This document shows positions 39,352-47,904 of a DNA stretch of 64,000 nucleotides, one piece after another. The notes under the pieces were generated by a model. That model was not told the origin of the DNA, searched no databases, and worked only from the letters and a program-made list of their open reading frames with translations. A program made the position numbers and the translations under genes. Every line of letters starts with the position of its first letter. The first letter of the stretch is position 1. The stretch is from NCBI GenBank assembly GCA_011525805.1, contig WYBR01000096.1, forward strand, positions 8,969-72,968, given 5' to 3'. The stretch is from Vicinamibacteraceae bacterium (GTDB lineage: Bacteria; Planctomycetota; Phycisphaerae; Phycisphaerales; UBA5793).

Positions 39352-40044
39352 ATGACCGTCAAGGAAGTCTTCGCACAACTCGAATCGCTCGGCGACGACG
39401 CTCGCCGCAAGTACAACGGCAAGACCGGGCCTGACGGAGTGGCCGGCGCGCCGGCGGACAAGCAGTTCGGCGTCAAGACCGGCGACCTCCGCGCGCTCGC
39501 GAAGAAGATCAAGGTCAACCACGAACTCGCGCTGGAGTTGTGGAAGACCGGCCACATGGATGCGCAGATGCTGGCCATCCTCATCATGAAGCCCAAAGAA
39601 CTTTCGGCCAAACAACTCGATGCAATGGTGCGCGAGGCCCGCTTCTCGTGGGTGGCGGAGTGGCTGCAATCGTACATCATCAAGGAGCGATCCGAGGCCG
39701 AGAAGGAAACGCTGCGCGAGAAGTGGATGAAGGACAAGGATCCCTGGGCCGCCCGCGCCGGCTGGCACCTCACCGCTTCGAAGATCAACAAAGGCGCGGA
39801 CGACCTCGACGTGCCCGCCTTGCTCGACCGCATCGAAAGGGAAATGCCCAAGGCCCCGCCGGAGACGAAGTGGACGATGAACAACACCCTCGGCGCGATC
39901 GGCATCAAGCACGCGAACCACCGCAAACGCGCCATCGCCATCGGCGAGAAGATCGGCCTCTACAAGGACTGGCCGGTGTCCAAGGGCTGCACGATCCCCT
40001 ACGTGCCGACATGGGTCGAGGCGATGGTGAAGGGGAAGGGGTAA
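39352..40044 (+). CDS. DNA alkylation repair protein (AlkD-like HEAT-repeat family)
   Basis: FGVKTGDLRALAKKIKVNHELALELWKTG..DAQMLA, KWTMNNTL; family assigned from memory. Confidence 0.8.
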   Translation: MTVKEVFAQLESLGDDARRKYNGKTGPDGVAGAPADKQFGVKTGDLRALAKKIKVNHELALELWKTGHMDAQMLAILIMKPKELSAKQLDAMVREARFSWVAEWLQSYIIKERSEAEKETLREKWMKDKDPWAARAGWHLTASKINKGADDLDVPALLDRIEREMPKAPPETKWTMNNTLGAIGIKHANHRKRAIAIGEKIGLYKDWPVSKGCTIPYVPTWVEAMVKGKG

Positions 40045-40093
40045 ATTGCGGCGAGATCCTTTGGTAGCATCGCGACTCCGGGCAATGTACCAT

Positions 40094-40969
40094 CTACCCA
40101 TACAGGTCGCGAACGTGGATGAATGGGTCGCCACTCTCCGCTGCGCGCCGGACCTTTCTTGCCATGACGTCGCCAAACGGAAGTCGTCTCGCAAGCATTT
40201 CATACATGTCGAGCCCGTCCATGCAGACAACGCGCTTGCCTCGTCCGAATGCCGCAAGGCCATCCGCTGTAAACCCGCTTTGACTGACGAACAAACCTCT
40301 CGACCATGCTGCCTTGTCTGCCACCTTTCCTTCAAAGGAACGGAGGTCGGATGCTCCGATGGGCGGACCAGTCCACCGCGCCTCCAGGAGGTAGGTTTCA
40401 CCTGATAGCTCGAAGCTCCCGTCAATCTGCTCACCAACGTGCCGAAATGACGCTCGACCCGCCAAGCCGTTGGCGTCGAACAGTGCTTTCAGGAATCGCT
40501 CAAACGCATACCCGCGTGGCTGCGGGTCAAGCCGACTGACTTCAAGCAGCTGTTGCGTCAGGGCAAGCGAGCGAGATTCGTCAAAGACACTGATCGGCTC
40601 ATGTGACACAGGTCGCGTCTCCGTGCCTGGCCGCTTGCCACCGAGCCTTTCGATAAGCAAATGGAATTGATCGTGCGCGTCCGGGATGTTTTCTGGGATC
40701 TGCCTTCTGCGGCGATCGTGTTCCCGATACTCCCACAAGGCCAACAACGTACGGACGCGGAGTTGAGGGTCGCAGTTCTTCAAGAAAAACCGCAGTCGCT
40801 TTGCCTTGCTCGTTCCTTCCACCCTGTACCGAGGATGATCGATATCTATGTCGAGTTCCTCCGCAAAGAAGGCGGAGAACGTGCGGTCGGAGAAGTTGAG
40901 GACATAACCGGCGCCCATTCCGAACAAATCGTCGATAAGTACCATGTCGAGCGTTCGAATCGTTGCCAT
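40094..40969 (-). CDS. Mrr-like PD-(D/E)xK restriction endonuclease with Abi-type N-terminal domain
   Basis: N-terminal GYVLNFSDRTF..FF...SKAKRLR; C-terminal RGYAFE...EQIDG...YLLEARW...GLFVSQSGFT. Confidence 0.8.
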   Translation of the reverse strand: MATIRTLDMVLIDDLFGMGAGYVLNFSDRTFSAFFAEELDIDIDHPRYRVEGTSKAKRLRFFLKNCDPQLRVRTLLALWEYREHDRRRRQIPENIPDAHDQFHLLIERLGGKRPGTETRPVSHEPISVFDESRSLALTQQLLEVSRLDPQPRGYAFERFLKALFDANGLAGRASFRHVGEQIDGSFELSGETYLLEARWTGPPIGASDLRSFEGKVADKAAWSRGLFVSQSGFTADGLAAFGRGKRVVCMDGLDMYEMLARRLPFGDVMARKVRRAAESGDPFIHVRDLYG

Positions 40970-40971
40970 CG

Positions 40972-41568
40972 CTATCCCTTTGCGGACGTCACCTGTGGAA
41001 TGACAGCACCGACTTCGTCCGCCCGCGAGAGAAACGAGGCCCACCACTCGTCCGGTATCTTGCCCGGAGTCTGCTTCTTAAGCCGAGCAACAACCATGAG
41101 CGGGTTGACGAGTAGCACGTGTCCGATCTGTTGCGCACCATTCGCCTTTATCCTGACGAAACCGTGGTCTTCAAGGATTCGCACGCGCTCCCGCCAACTT
41201 CGCAGACCGCGCTGTCCCGAATAACCAGCGGCGTACGCGTGGTCAGTTTCGTTCTTCACCTGCACATATCCTTCGTCGTAGACGCGAGCCCATAGCTCCA
41301 CGTACACGGACGACGGATCGCCACCACCCGCAGACAAATGCTTGAGCAAGACGGTGACCCATGGCAGCAGGCGCGGAATGGTTGAGAAGCCATCGTTCTC
41401 GGTTCGTATCCACACCTCAGCGCCCGATCCTGGCCAAAGTTCGTCACGACGATCTGCGCGACGCTGATGCGCACGGCGGCGATCTCGCTTGTTGGCAGGA
41501 GCCTCGGGATCGGGGGTAACGGTGTGCTTGGTAACCGGTTTCTTCGTTCGCTTGGCCTTTGTTCGCAT
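40972..41568 (-). CDS. Putative winged-helix DNA-binding protein
   Basis: GFSTIPR, YVELWAR, AYAAGYSGQRGLRSWRERVRILEDHGFVRI has a wHTH-like pattern; basic N-terminus; 2 bp from the nuclease start. Confidence 0.65.
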   Translation of the reverse strand: MRTKAKRTKKPVTKHTVTPDPEAPANKRDRRRAHQRRADRRDELWPGSGAEVWIRTENDGFSTIPRLLPWVTVLLKHLSAGGGDPSSVYVELWARVYDEGYVQVKNETDHAYAAGYSGQRGLRSWRERVRILEDHGFVRIKANGAQQIGHVLLVNPLMVVARLKKQTPGKIPDEWWASFLSRADEVGAVIPQVTSAKG

Positions 41569-41918
41569 CAGAATGTCCAATCGAAGACTTCGGAATTCCG
41601 CGTGACCTCGAGCGCCCAGGACGCTGGCGGACCATCCCAGTGGCGTGTGGGCATCCTCAGCCATACTGAGCGTCGAGGCCGACGCATCACGCGAGTTCTG
41701 CAGTGGCAGTGCAGCGCTCGTGCATCTTCATTTTCCCGGCACTGGACAAGGAGTCTTGTGCGCTGATGAAGATGCTCTGGTACGGCAGGGGCACATTCCA
41801 CGGTAAAGGATAGCGCCTCTCCGCGAGCCATCGCAGGATGGGCATGCGAGTGCGCGAGAAATCGCAGAGCATCGACAGACCGATCCCTGAGAATCCGGTC
41901 CCCTTTGCGCGTTTGTCG

Positions 41919-41969
41919 GTGCTCCTGTGCTCGACGTGCTCGTGCGTTCTCCGTGTGCTCCTAGTGCTC
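41919..41969. repeat. Iteron-like GTGCTC repeats with ~9-bp period
   Basis: GTGCTC at 41919, 41927, 41936, 41955 and 41964, and GTTCTC at 41946. Confidence 0.7.
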
Positions 41970-42097
41970 AGCGTGTGGGGATACGCAAGGGGGTACTGTG
42001 AATTCCCGATTCCGTTGTACGACCTAGAGTGCTGCGCGCCCCTCTGTTTGCGGACGCATGGGTCGAGGCGATGGTGAAGGGGAAGGGGTGACGGCGG

Positions 42098-42616
42098 ATG
42101 CTCTGGCGCAGGCGACGCACGCTCTACCTCGTGAAGGCCAACGACGACTTTGTGAGTGGTTGTTCCTGCAGCAGCGCTCCCATTGCATCTTCCGCGCAGA
42201 TGGATTGCCCGTGGTGCGGTTGCGGGTGGCTCTTCTCATGCCTTTATTGCCACGGGGCTTTCACATTCGCCCGCGCGGTGCTGATGAGAGAGTCGCTTGA
42301 AGAACTCGCCGCCCACGAGGTGCCTCGAACGCAGAGGGTCGTGTCGATGCAGGGCGAGATTCGTGAAGAGGTCCTCATTCCAACCGTCGAGGACTGGATC
42401 GAAAAGATGCAGCCGCTGATCGGCGCTCTTGAACTCGACAGGACGTACGTGTATTTCGACGGGCATGCGATCCCCGCGGATGCGAATGGCGTTCGGATGA
42501 AGGGCATGCGCCGATCGCATGACCTGAACTACGTTCCGCAGGTGCGGGCATTGACGGATCCCTCTGCCGAGGCGCTGCTGCACGACATCAAGTACTGGAC
42601 CGCGGAAGACGAATAG
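42098..42616 (+). CDS. Hypothetical Cys-rich (probable Zn-binding) protein
   Basis: CSC...DCPWCGCGWLFSCLYC; starts 6 nt after the duplicated stop of the alkylation-repair gene. Confidence 0.7.
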   Translation: MLWRRRRTLYLVKANDDFVSGCSCSSAPIASSAQMDCPWCGCGWLFSCLYCHGAFTFARAVLMRESLEELAAHEVPRTQRVVSMQGEIREEVLIPTVEDWIEKMQPLIGALELDRTYVYFDGHAIPADANGVRMKGMRRSHDLNYVPQVRALTDPSAEALLHDIKYWTAEDE

Positions 42617-42659
42617 CACTCGTGGGAGCAAGCGGTGGACCCGGCCGCGCGGCAATGGA

Positions 42660-42946
42660 GCGAGCTCGCTCACGCTTCGGGCTCGCTTTGGGCCGTGTTG
42701 CACGTTCGTGTTTTCTCACGCAGAGGCGCTGAGGCCGCGGAGGCGGCGATTTCATTTGTGTCCGATCTCTGCGACCTCTGCGCCTCTGCGTGAGATTGAG
42801 GTTTCTGCGCTCGACGCGCTCCCCTGCGCAGAGCCTCCGGGTCGCGGCTAACCAAAGCCGCGATCCCCTGATGCCTCGATGCCTTGATGCCTCTCCCTAT
42901 TGCCGAGTGCCTAGTGCCGAGTGCCTGCTGCCCATTGCCTGCCCCC
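42660..42946. repeat. Cluster of mixed REP-like inverted repeats and short tandem repeats
   Basis: CTCGCTCACGCTTCGGGCTCG; 29-bp inverted pair 42714-42742/42767-42795 (26/29); CGCTCCCCTG...GGTCGCGGCTAA; GATGCCT and TGCC(G/T)AG short repeats. Confidence 0.7.
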
Positions 42947-42957
42947 TACCATCCCCC

Positions 42958-43251
42958 ATGCACCCCGATGAAGACGTCTGCCTCTGCTATCACGTCACGC
43001 AGCGCAAGATTGTCGCGTATCTCAAGCGCGAGGATCCGCCGGTGGCGTCGCTCATCAGCGAGTGCCTCGGCGCGGGGACGGGCTGCGGCTGGTGCATCCC
43101 CTACCTCAAGCGCCTGCACGAAATGCACCAGGCCGGGCAGGAGCCGGACCTCGCGATCTCGCCCGAGCGGTATGCGAAGCAGCGGCTCGACTACCACAAG
43201 ACCGGCGAGCGCCCTGAAGGTGATGAGGGAGCCGAAGCCCACGTTCAGTGA
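42958..43251 (+). CDS. BFD-like [2Fe-2S]-binding protein
   Basis: VCLCYHV...AGTGCGWC. Confidence 0.85.
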   Translation: MHPDEDVCLCYHVTQRKIVAYLKREDPPVASLISECLGAGTGCGWCIPYLKRLHEMHQAGQEPDLAISPERYAKQRLDYHKTGERPEGDEGAEAHVQ

Positions 43252-43258
43252 ACGTGGG
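43238..43258. repeat. REP-like palindrome CCCACGTTCA-G-TGAACGTGGG supplying the stop codon of the BFD-like gene
   Basis: Perfect 10-bp stem; TGA at 43249-43251 is the ORF stop. Confidence 0.75.
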
Positions 43259-43287
43259 ATTCGGCGCGTGCTGCAACACGCGCGCCG

Positions 43288-43719
43288 CTACTGCTCCAGC
43301 GCCGGCGCCACGCGATGCTTCCACACGATGCGCGAGACGACCTCGACCGCCTCGCGTCGATGCGTGAGCATGATGGCCGCGAAGGCGATCCAGATGATGA
43401 GCAGGCTGAGGCGTGTGCGGCGCGAGGTGATCCATGCCGCAATGCTCAGCGGCACGGCGATGAACGCCGAGCCGGCGAGCGCGAAGCCCAGCACCTGACG
43501 GTCGTACACCCAGAGAAGTTCGAGCAGCCCGCCGCGCAGCGGCGTCGAGTCCGCGAGGGTGAGAAACAGCGTGAGCGTGATGGTGTTGAGGACGAGGACG
43601 ATCGTCGTGAGGAGGCCGGCGAAACGATGCACGGCGGCGGCGGCCAAGGCGCGCATCCGACGGATGCGGCTGCGCGATCGTCTTCGAGTTGTGGCGGCGG
43701 CGCTACCGATCGACAGCAC
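43288..43719 (-). CDS. Hypothetical membrane protein
   Basis: Three hydrophobic helices, directly after hslV; start uncertain. Confidence 0.6.
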   Translation of the reverse strand: MLSIGSAAATTRRRSRSRIRRMRALAAAAVHRFAGLLTTIVLVLNTITLTLFLTLADSTPLRGGLLELLWVYDRQVLGFALAGSAFIAVPLSIAAWITSRRTRLSLLIIWIAFAAIMLTHRREAVEVVSRIVWKHRVAPALEQ

Positions 43720-43725
43720 TCCGAT

Positions 43726-44301
43726 TCACAGCGTCAGCACCGTGATGTTCGTGTTCGTGTAGACGCAGATCTCGCCGGCGATGCGCAGACTCTCGCGCGC
43801 GACATCAGTCGCCGACATGGACGTGTGCTCGAGCAGCGCCCGGGCCGCGGCCTGGGCGTAGGCGCCGCCGCTGCCGATGGCGATGATGCCGTCGCCCGGC
43901 TCGATCACGTCGCCCTGGCCCGAGATCATCAGGCTCTGCTTCGCGTCCGACACCGCCAGCAGGCTTTCGAGGCGGCGCATCACGCGGTCGGTGCGCCACT
44001 GCTTGGCGAGTTCGATCGCGGCCTTCATGAGGTTCTGCGGCGAGGCCTTGAGGTGCGTCTCGAACCGGTCGAGCAACGCGAACGCATCCGCGGCCGAGCC
44101 GGCAAAACCCACGAGCACGCCGCGACCCTCCGCGCCGAGCGCATCGAGTTTTCGCACCTTGACCGCGTTGGCCTTGGCGACCGTCTGCCCCAGCGTCACC
44201 TGCCCGTCGCCGGCGATCGCAACCTGCCTGTCGCGGCGAACCGAGACGATCGTCGTCGCGTGAAAGACGGTCGGGCCTGCATGTCCGGCGCTGCCGTGCA
44301 T
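43726..44301 (-). CDS. hslV: ATP-dependent protease peptidase subunit HslV
   Basis: [43 protein letters not shown]. Confidence 0.97.
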   Translation of the reverse strand: MHGSAGHAGPTVFHATTIVSVRRDRQVAIAGDGQVTLGQTVAKANAVKVRKLDALGAEGRGVLVGFAGSAADAFALLDRFETHLKASPQNLMKAAIELAKQWRTDRVMRRLESLLAVSDAKQSLMISGQGDVIEPGDGIIAIGSGGAYAQAAARALLEHTSMSATDVARESLRIAGEICVYTNTNITVLTL

Positions 44302-44311
44302 CGCGGTCTCC

Positions 44312-45682
44312 TCACAGGACGAATCGGCTCAGGTCTTCGTCGGCCACGATCGATTCGAGTTCCTCCCGCACCATCGCGGCGGTAATGCGGACCTGAGTCT
44401 CGCCCCGAGCCGGCATGTCCGGCGCGTCGAAACTGATCTTCTCAAAGAGGCGCTCGACGATCGTCATGAGCCTCCGCGCGCCGATGTTCTCCATCATCGA
44501 GTTGGCGCGGGCGGCGACGTCGGCCATGGCGTCGATCGCATCATCCTCGATCTCGATGTTCAGCCCTTCGGTTTCGAGCAGCGCCTGCTGCTGCTTGAGC
44601 AGCGAGTGCTCCGGCTCGCGGAGGATGCGGATGAAGTCGTCGCGCTTCAGGCCGGCGAGTTCGACGCGGATCGGGAAGCGTCCCTGGAGTTCCGGCATCA
44701 GGTCGCTGACCGTGGCGGAGTGAAATGCGCCGGCGGCGATGAAGAGGATGTGGTCGGTCTGCACCATGCCGTGCCGCGTGGCGACGCTCGAACCCTCGAC
44801 GATCGGAAGAAGGTCGCGCTGCACGCCTTGGCGCGAGACATCCGCCCCGCCGACGGCCCCCTTGGGCGAGGCGGCGATCTTGTCGATCTCATCGAGGAAG
44901 ATGATGCCCGACTGCTCGGTGCGCGCGATCGCCTGCTGGATCATCTTGTCGCGGTCGATGAGTTTGTCCGTCTCTTCTTCGAGCAGCAGGCGCCTTGCCT
45001 CGCGCACCGAGACCTTGCGCATCTTGTGCCGCGCCGGCATGAGTTGTTCGAGCATGCTCGTCACGCCCGGGTCGAGTTGGTCCGGCCCCATGCCGCCGAT
45101 GAGCGGAATGGACTGCGCCTCGCGCACGGTCAGTTCGATCTCGCGCTCGTCAAAGACGCCCTGGCGGAGGCGTTCGAGCATGCGGTCGCGGGTGGTGCGG
45201 CTCGTCTCTTCGCCGCCGACTGCGGACTCTTCGGCGCTGACGTAGCCGCCGGCGGAAGGCTCCCGGCCGAGGAGGATGGAGACAAGGCGCTGCTCGACGG
45301 CCTCCTGCGCTTTGGCCTTGACGGTCTCAGCCTGCTCGGTGCGGACCATCTTGATGGCGAGGTCGAGCAGGTCGCGGATCATGGAGTCGACGTCGCGGCC
45401 GTGGTAGCCGACTTCGGTGAACTTGGTCGCCTCGATCTTGATGAAGGGGGCATCGACGAGCCGGGCGAGGCGGCGGGCGATTTCGGTCTTGCCGACGCCC
45501 GTCGGGCCGACCATGATGATGTTGCGCGGCGCGACTTCGCGGGCGAGGTCGCCTTCGAGGCGCTGCCTCCGCCAGCGGTTGCGCACCGCGATGGCGACGG
45601 CCCGCTTGGCTTCGCCCTGGCCGATGATGTACTTGTCCAGTTCCGCGACGATCTCGCGCGGCGTGAGTTCACGTGGCGTCAT
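44312..45682 (-). CDS. hslU: ATP-dependent protease ATPase subunit HslU
   Basis: [52 protein letters not shown]. Confidence 0.98.
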   Translation of the reverse strand: MTPRELTPREIVAELDKYIIGQGEAKRAVAIAVRNRWRRQRLEGDLAREVAPRNIIMVGPTGVGKTEIARRLARLVDAPFIKIEATKFTEVGYHGRDVDSMIRDLLDLAIKMVRTEQAETVKAKAQEAVEQRLVSILLGREPSAGGYVSAEESAVGGEETSRTTRDRMLERLRQGVFDEREIELTVREAQSIPLIGGMGPDQLDPGVTSMLEQLMPARHKMRKVSVREARRLLLEEETDKLIDRDKMIQQAIARTEQSGIIFLDEIDKIAASPKGAVGGADVSRQGVQRDLLPIVEGSSVATRHGMVQTDHILFIAAGAFHSATVSDLMPELQGRFPIRVELAGLKRDDFIRILREPEHSLLKQQQALLETEGLNIEIEDDAIDAMADVAARANSMMENIGARRLMTIVERLFEKISFDAPDMPARGETQVRITAAMVREELESIVADEDLSRFVL

Positions 45683-45749
45683 TGGAGCGATCGTAGGCGC
45701 GGGCGGGGGCGACCCTGCCTCTCAGGGGTCCGCCCTACCATGTTCCGCC

Positions 45750-46682
45750 ATGGCCTTCTACAAGGTTGATGAGTACTACACATCCCGTGGACTGGCGGCG
45801 CCGGGGGTGATCGGCGACGACCGGTCCTGCATCGCGTGCGGGTACGCGCTGCGCGGCCTGCGCGAGGGGCAGCGGTGTCCGGAGTGCGGCCGGCCGATCC
45901 TCGCCATCCGCGCCGAGGGGCTCGCTGAGGCGCAGACCGCCCATCTGCGGCGGCTGGCGCGGGCGCTGCTGCCGGGCGTGCTCGCATGGGCCGGTGCGAT
46001 GCTGCTCTGGTTCTGGGTTTTCTATGGCCTGCTCGGCTCGGTCATCGTCTATGTGGCGGCGTTCACGGTCGTGTGCGCCCTTGTTTCGATCTTCGGGGCG
46101 ACGGCGGTCTGGCCGCAGATTCACTCGCCGCGCCATCGCGCGGAGCATCGCCTGCCGGCGGCGCTGCGCGGCGTGCTGCTGGCGGCCATCGCCCTCACGG
46201 GCGCGCTGCTGCTCGTTCGCACGCGCTGGAGGACTCCGGTCGACCCCGGCGCGCTCATCACGCTGGCCGCGTTCGTGGCGCTGGCGTGGCTCGGGCTGCA
46301 GACGCTCACCTGCCTGCTCCTTCGGCAGGTGGCGATCGCCGGCCACGATGATGCGCTCGCGGACCGGTTCTGGAACATCTCCTGGGCCATCGGGCTGTGC
46401 GCCGCGTTCTGGGCGCCTTTCTTCGCGCTCACGCAGACCATTCAGACGCGCAGCGGCTTCGTGCCGGTCTGCTGCATGAGCGGCTACCTCGTGGCGATCG
46501 GCCTGCTGGCGGCGCAACTCTTCTTCGCGCACTCGCTCCTCCAGGTGCGCGCGATGGTGCGCTGGAGTCTGCGCTACCGCGAGCAGTTCGACGACAAGAC
46601 GAGGCGCATGATGAAGCGCGTCGAAGAAGGACGGCAGGTCGGCGAGTCGGGCGGAACGGCCCTCGCGCGCGACGCCGAGTAA
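45750..46682 (+). CDS. Membrane protein with N-terminal Zn-ribbon
   Basis: CIACGYALRGL...CPECG followed by ~6 TM helices. Confidence 0.75.
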   Translation: MAFYKVDEYYTSRGLAAPGVIGDDRSCIACGYALRGLREGQRCPECGRPILAIRAEGLAEAQTAHLRRLARALLPGVLAWAGAMLLWFWVFYGLLGSVIVYVAAFTVVCALVSIFGATAVWPQIHSPRHRAEHRLPAALRGVLLAAIALTGALLLVRTRWRTPVDPGALITLAAFVALAWLGLQTLTCLLLRQVAIAGHDDALADRFWNISWAIGLCAAFWAPFFALTQTIQTRSGFVPVCCMSGYLVAIGLLAAQLFFAHSLLQVRAMVRWSLRYREQFDDKTRRMMKRVEEGRQVGESGGTALARDAE

Positions 46683-46725
46683 GCGTGGTGTCAACCGCGG
46701 CGCGGCCCGCTTACGATCATGCGCC

Positions 46726-47760
46726 ATGGCGGAATCACGGACAGATCGGCCGTTGCGCGTCGGAGTGGTGGGGGTCGGCCGCATGGGCCGGCACCACGCG
46801 CGGCAGTACGCGCAGATGGAGCAGGTGGACCTCGTCGGCGTGGTCGACGCGGACGCCTCACGCGCCGCTGCCGCCGCGGAACAGTTCGGCACGCGCGCCT
46901 TTCCCGACGAGGCGGCGCTGATCGAGGCCGGCGCCGAGGCGGTGACGGTGGCCGTCCCGACGCGCGACCACCGCCGCGTCGCCGAGCCGCTTCTCCGCGC
47001 CGGCGTGGCGTGCCTCATCGAAAAGCCGCTGGCGCCCAACGTCGAGGAAGCGCGGCAACTGGCCGACCTCGCCGACGCCACGGGAACGATCCTCCAGGTC
47101 GGGCACATCGAGCGCTACAACCCCGCGGTGCGGGCGCTGGCGGCCCACTCCGACCTCGCGCCGCGCTTCATCGAGGTGCATCGCGTCAGCCCGATGACGT
47201 TCCGCAGCGTGGACGTGGGCGTGGTGCTCGACATGATGATCCACGACCTCGACGTCGTGCTCATGCTCACCGGCGGCGAGCCGGCGCGGGTGCAGGCGAG
47301 CGCGGTGGCGGTGCTCGGCGCGGCGGAGGATGTGTGCAACGCGAGGCTCGAGTTCCCGACCGGCTGCGTCGCCAACATCACCGCCAGCCGTCTCGCGCTC
47401 AAGACCGAGCGCAAGATCCGCATCGTCGCGGAGGACGCCTACGCGAGCGTGGACTTCGCGAAGAAGGCGGGGCTGATGATCCGCCGCACCGCCAACGAGG
47501 AACAGTTGGCGCGCGTGCGCCGCGAACTCGCCGCCGGCCGCGACCTCTCCGACCTCGATTACACCGATCTCGTGAACATCGAGCCGCTCGAGGTGGATGA
47601 CGCCGACCAGTTGCAGATGCAGTTGCGCGACTTCGTGCGCGTGGTGCGCGAGGGGGGCCGGCCGGAGGTGGATGTCCACGCGGGTTTCGCCGCGGTGCGC
47701 ACGGCCGAGCGCATCGTCGCCGCCGCCCGCGAGCACGCGGCGAGCATCAGGCCCAGGTGA
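46726..47760 (+). CDS. Gfo/Idh/MocA oxidoreductase (GnnA-like)
   Basis: VGVVGVGRMG, IEKPLA, QVGHIERYNP, LDMMIHDLD. Confidence 0.9.
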   Translation: MAESRTDRPLRVGVVGVGRMGRHHARQYAQMEQVDLVGVVDADASRAAAAAEQFGTRAFPDEAALIEAGAEAVTVAVPTRDHRRVAEPLLRAGVACLIEKPLAPNVEEARQLADLADATGTILQVGHIERYNPAVRALAAHSDLAPRFIEVHRVSPMTFRSVDVGVVLDMMIHDLDVVLMLTGGEPARVQASAVAVLGAAEDVCNARLEFPTGCVANITASRLALKTERKIRIVAEDAYASVDFAKKAGLMIRRTANEEQLARVRRELAAGRDLSDLDYTDLVNIEPLEVDDADQLQMQLRDFVRVVREGGRPEVDVHAGFAAVRTAERIVAAAREHAASIRPR

Positions 47761-47904
47761 GGGTCGGCGCCGCGCGTTCGCACTCTGTTTGCGGGGGAAA
47801 CTGCCGGGATTCGGCGTGGGGCCGCGATTCCCCGGCGCGCGGGCGCCTCCGATCCTGTAGAATGGTGGGAGACTCTCGCCGCCGCGCTTTCCGGGAGGGG
47901 CATC

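Larger units (their letters stand above)
40010..42089. mobile_element. ~2-kb inserted islet flanked by a 33-bp perfect direct repeat
   Basis: CATGGGTCGAGGCGATGGTGAAGGGGAAGGGGT at 40010-40042 and 42057-42089; interior visibly lower in GC. Confidence 0.85.
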
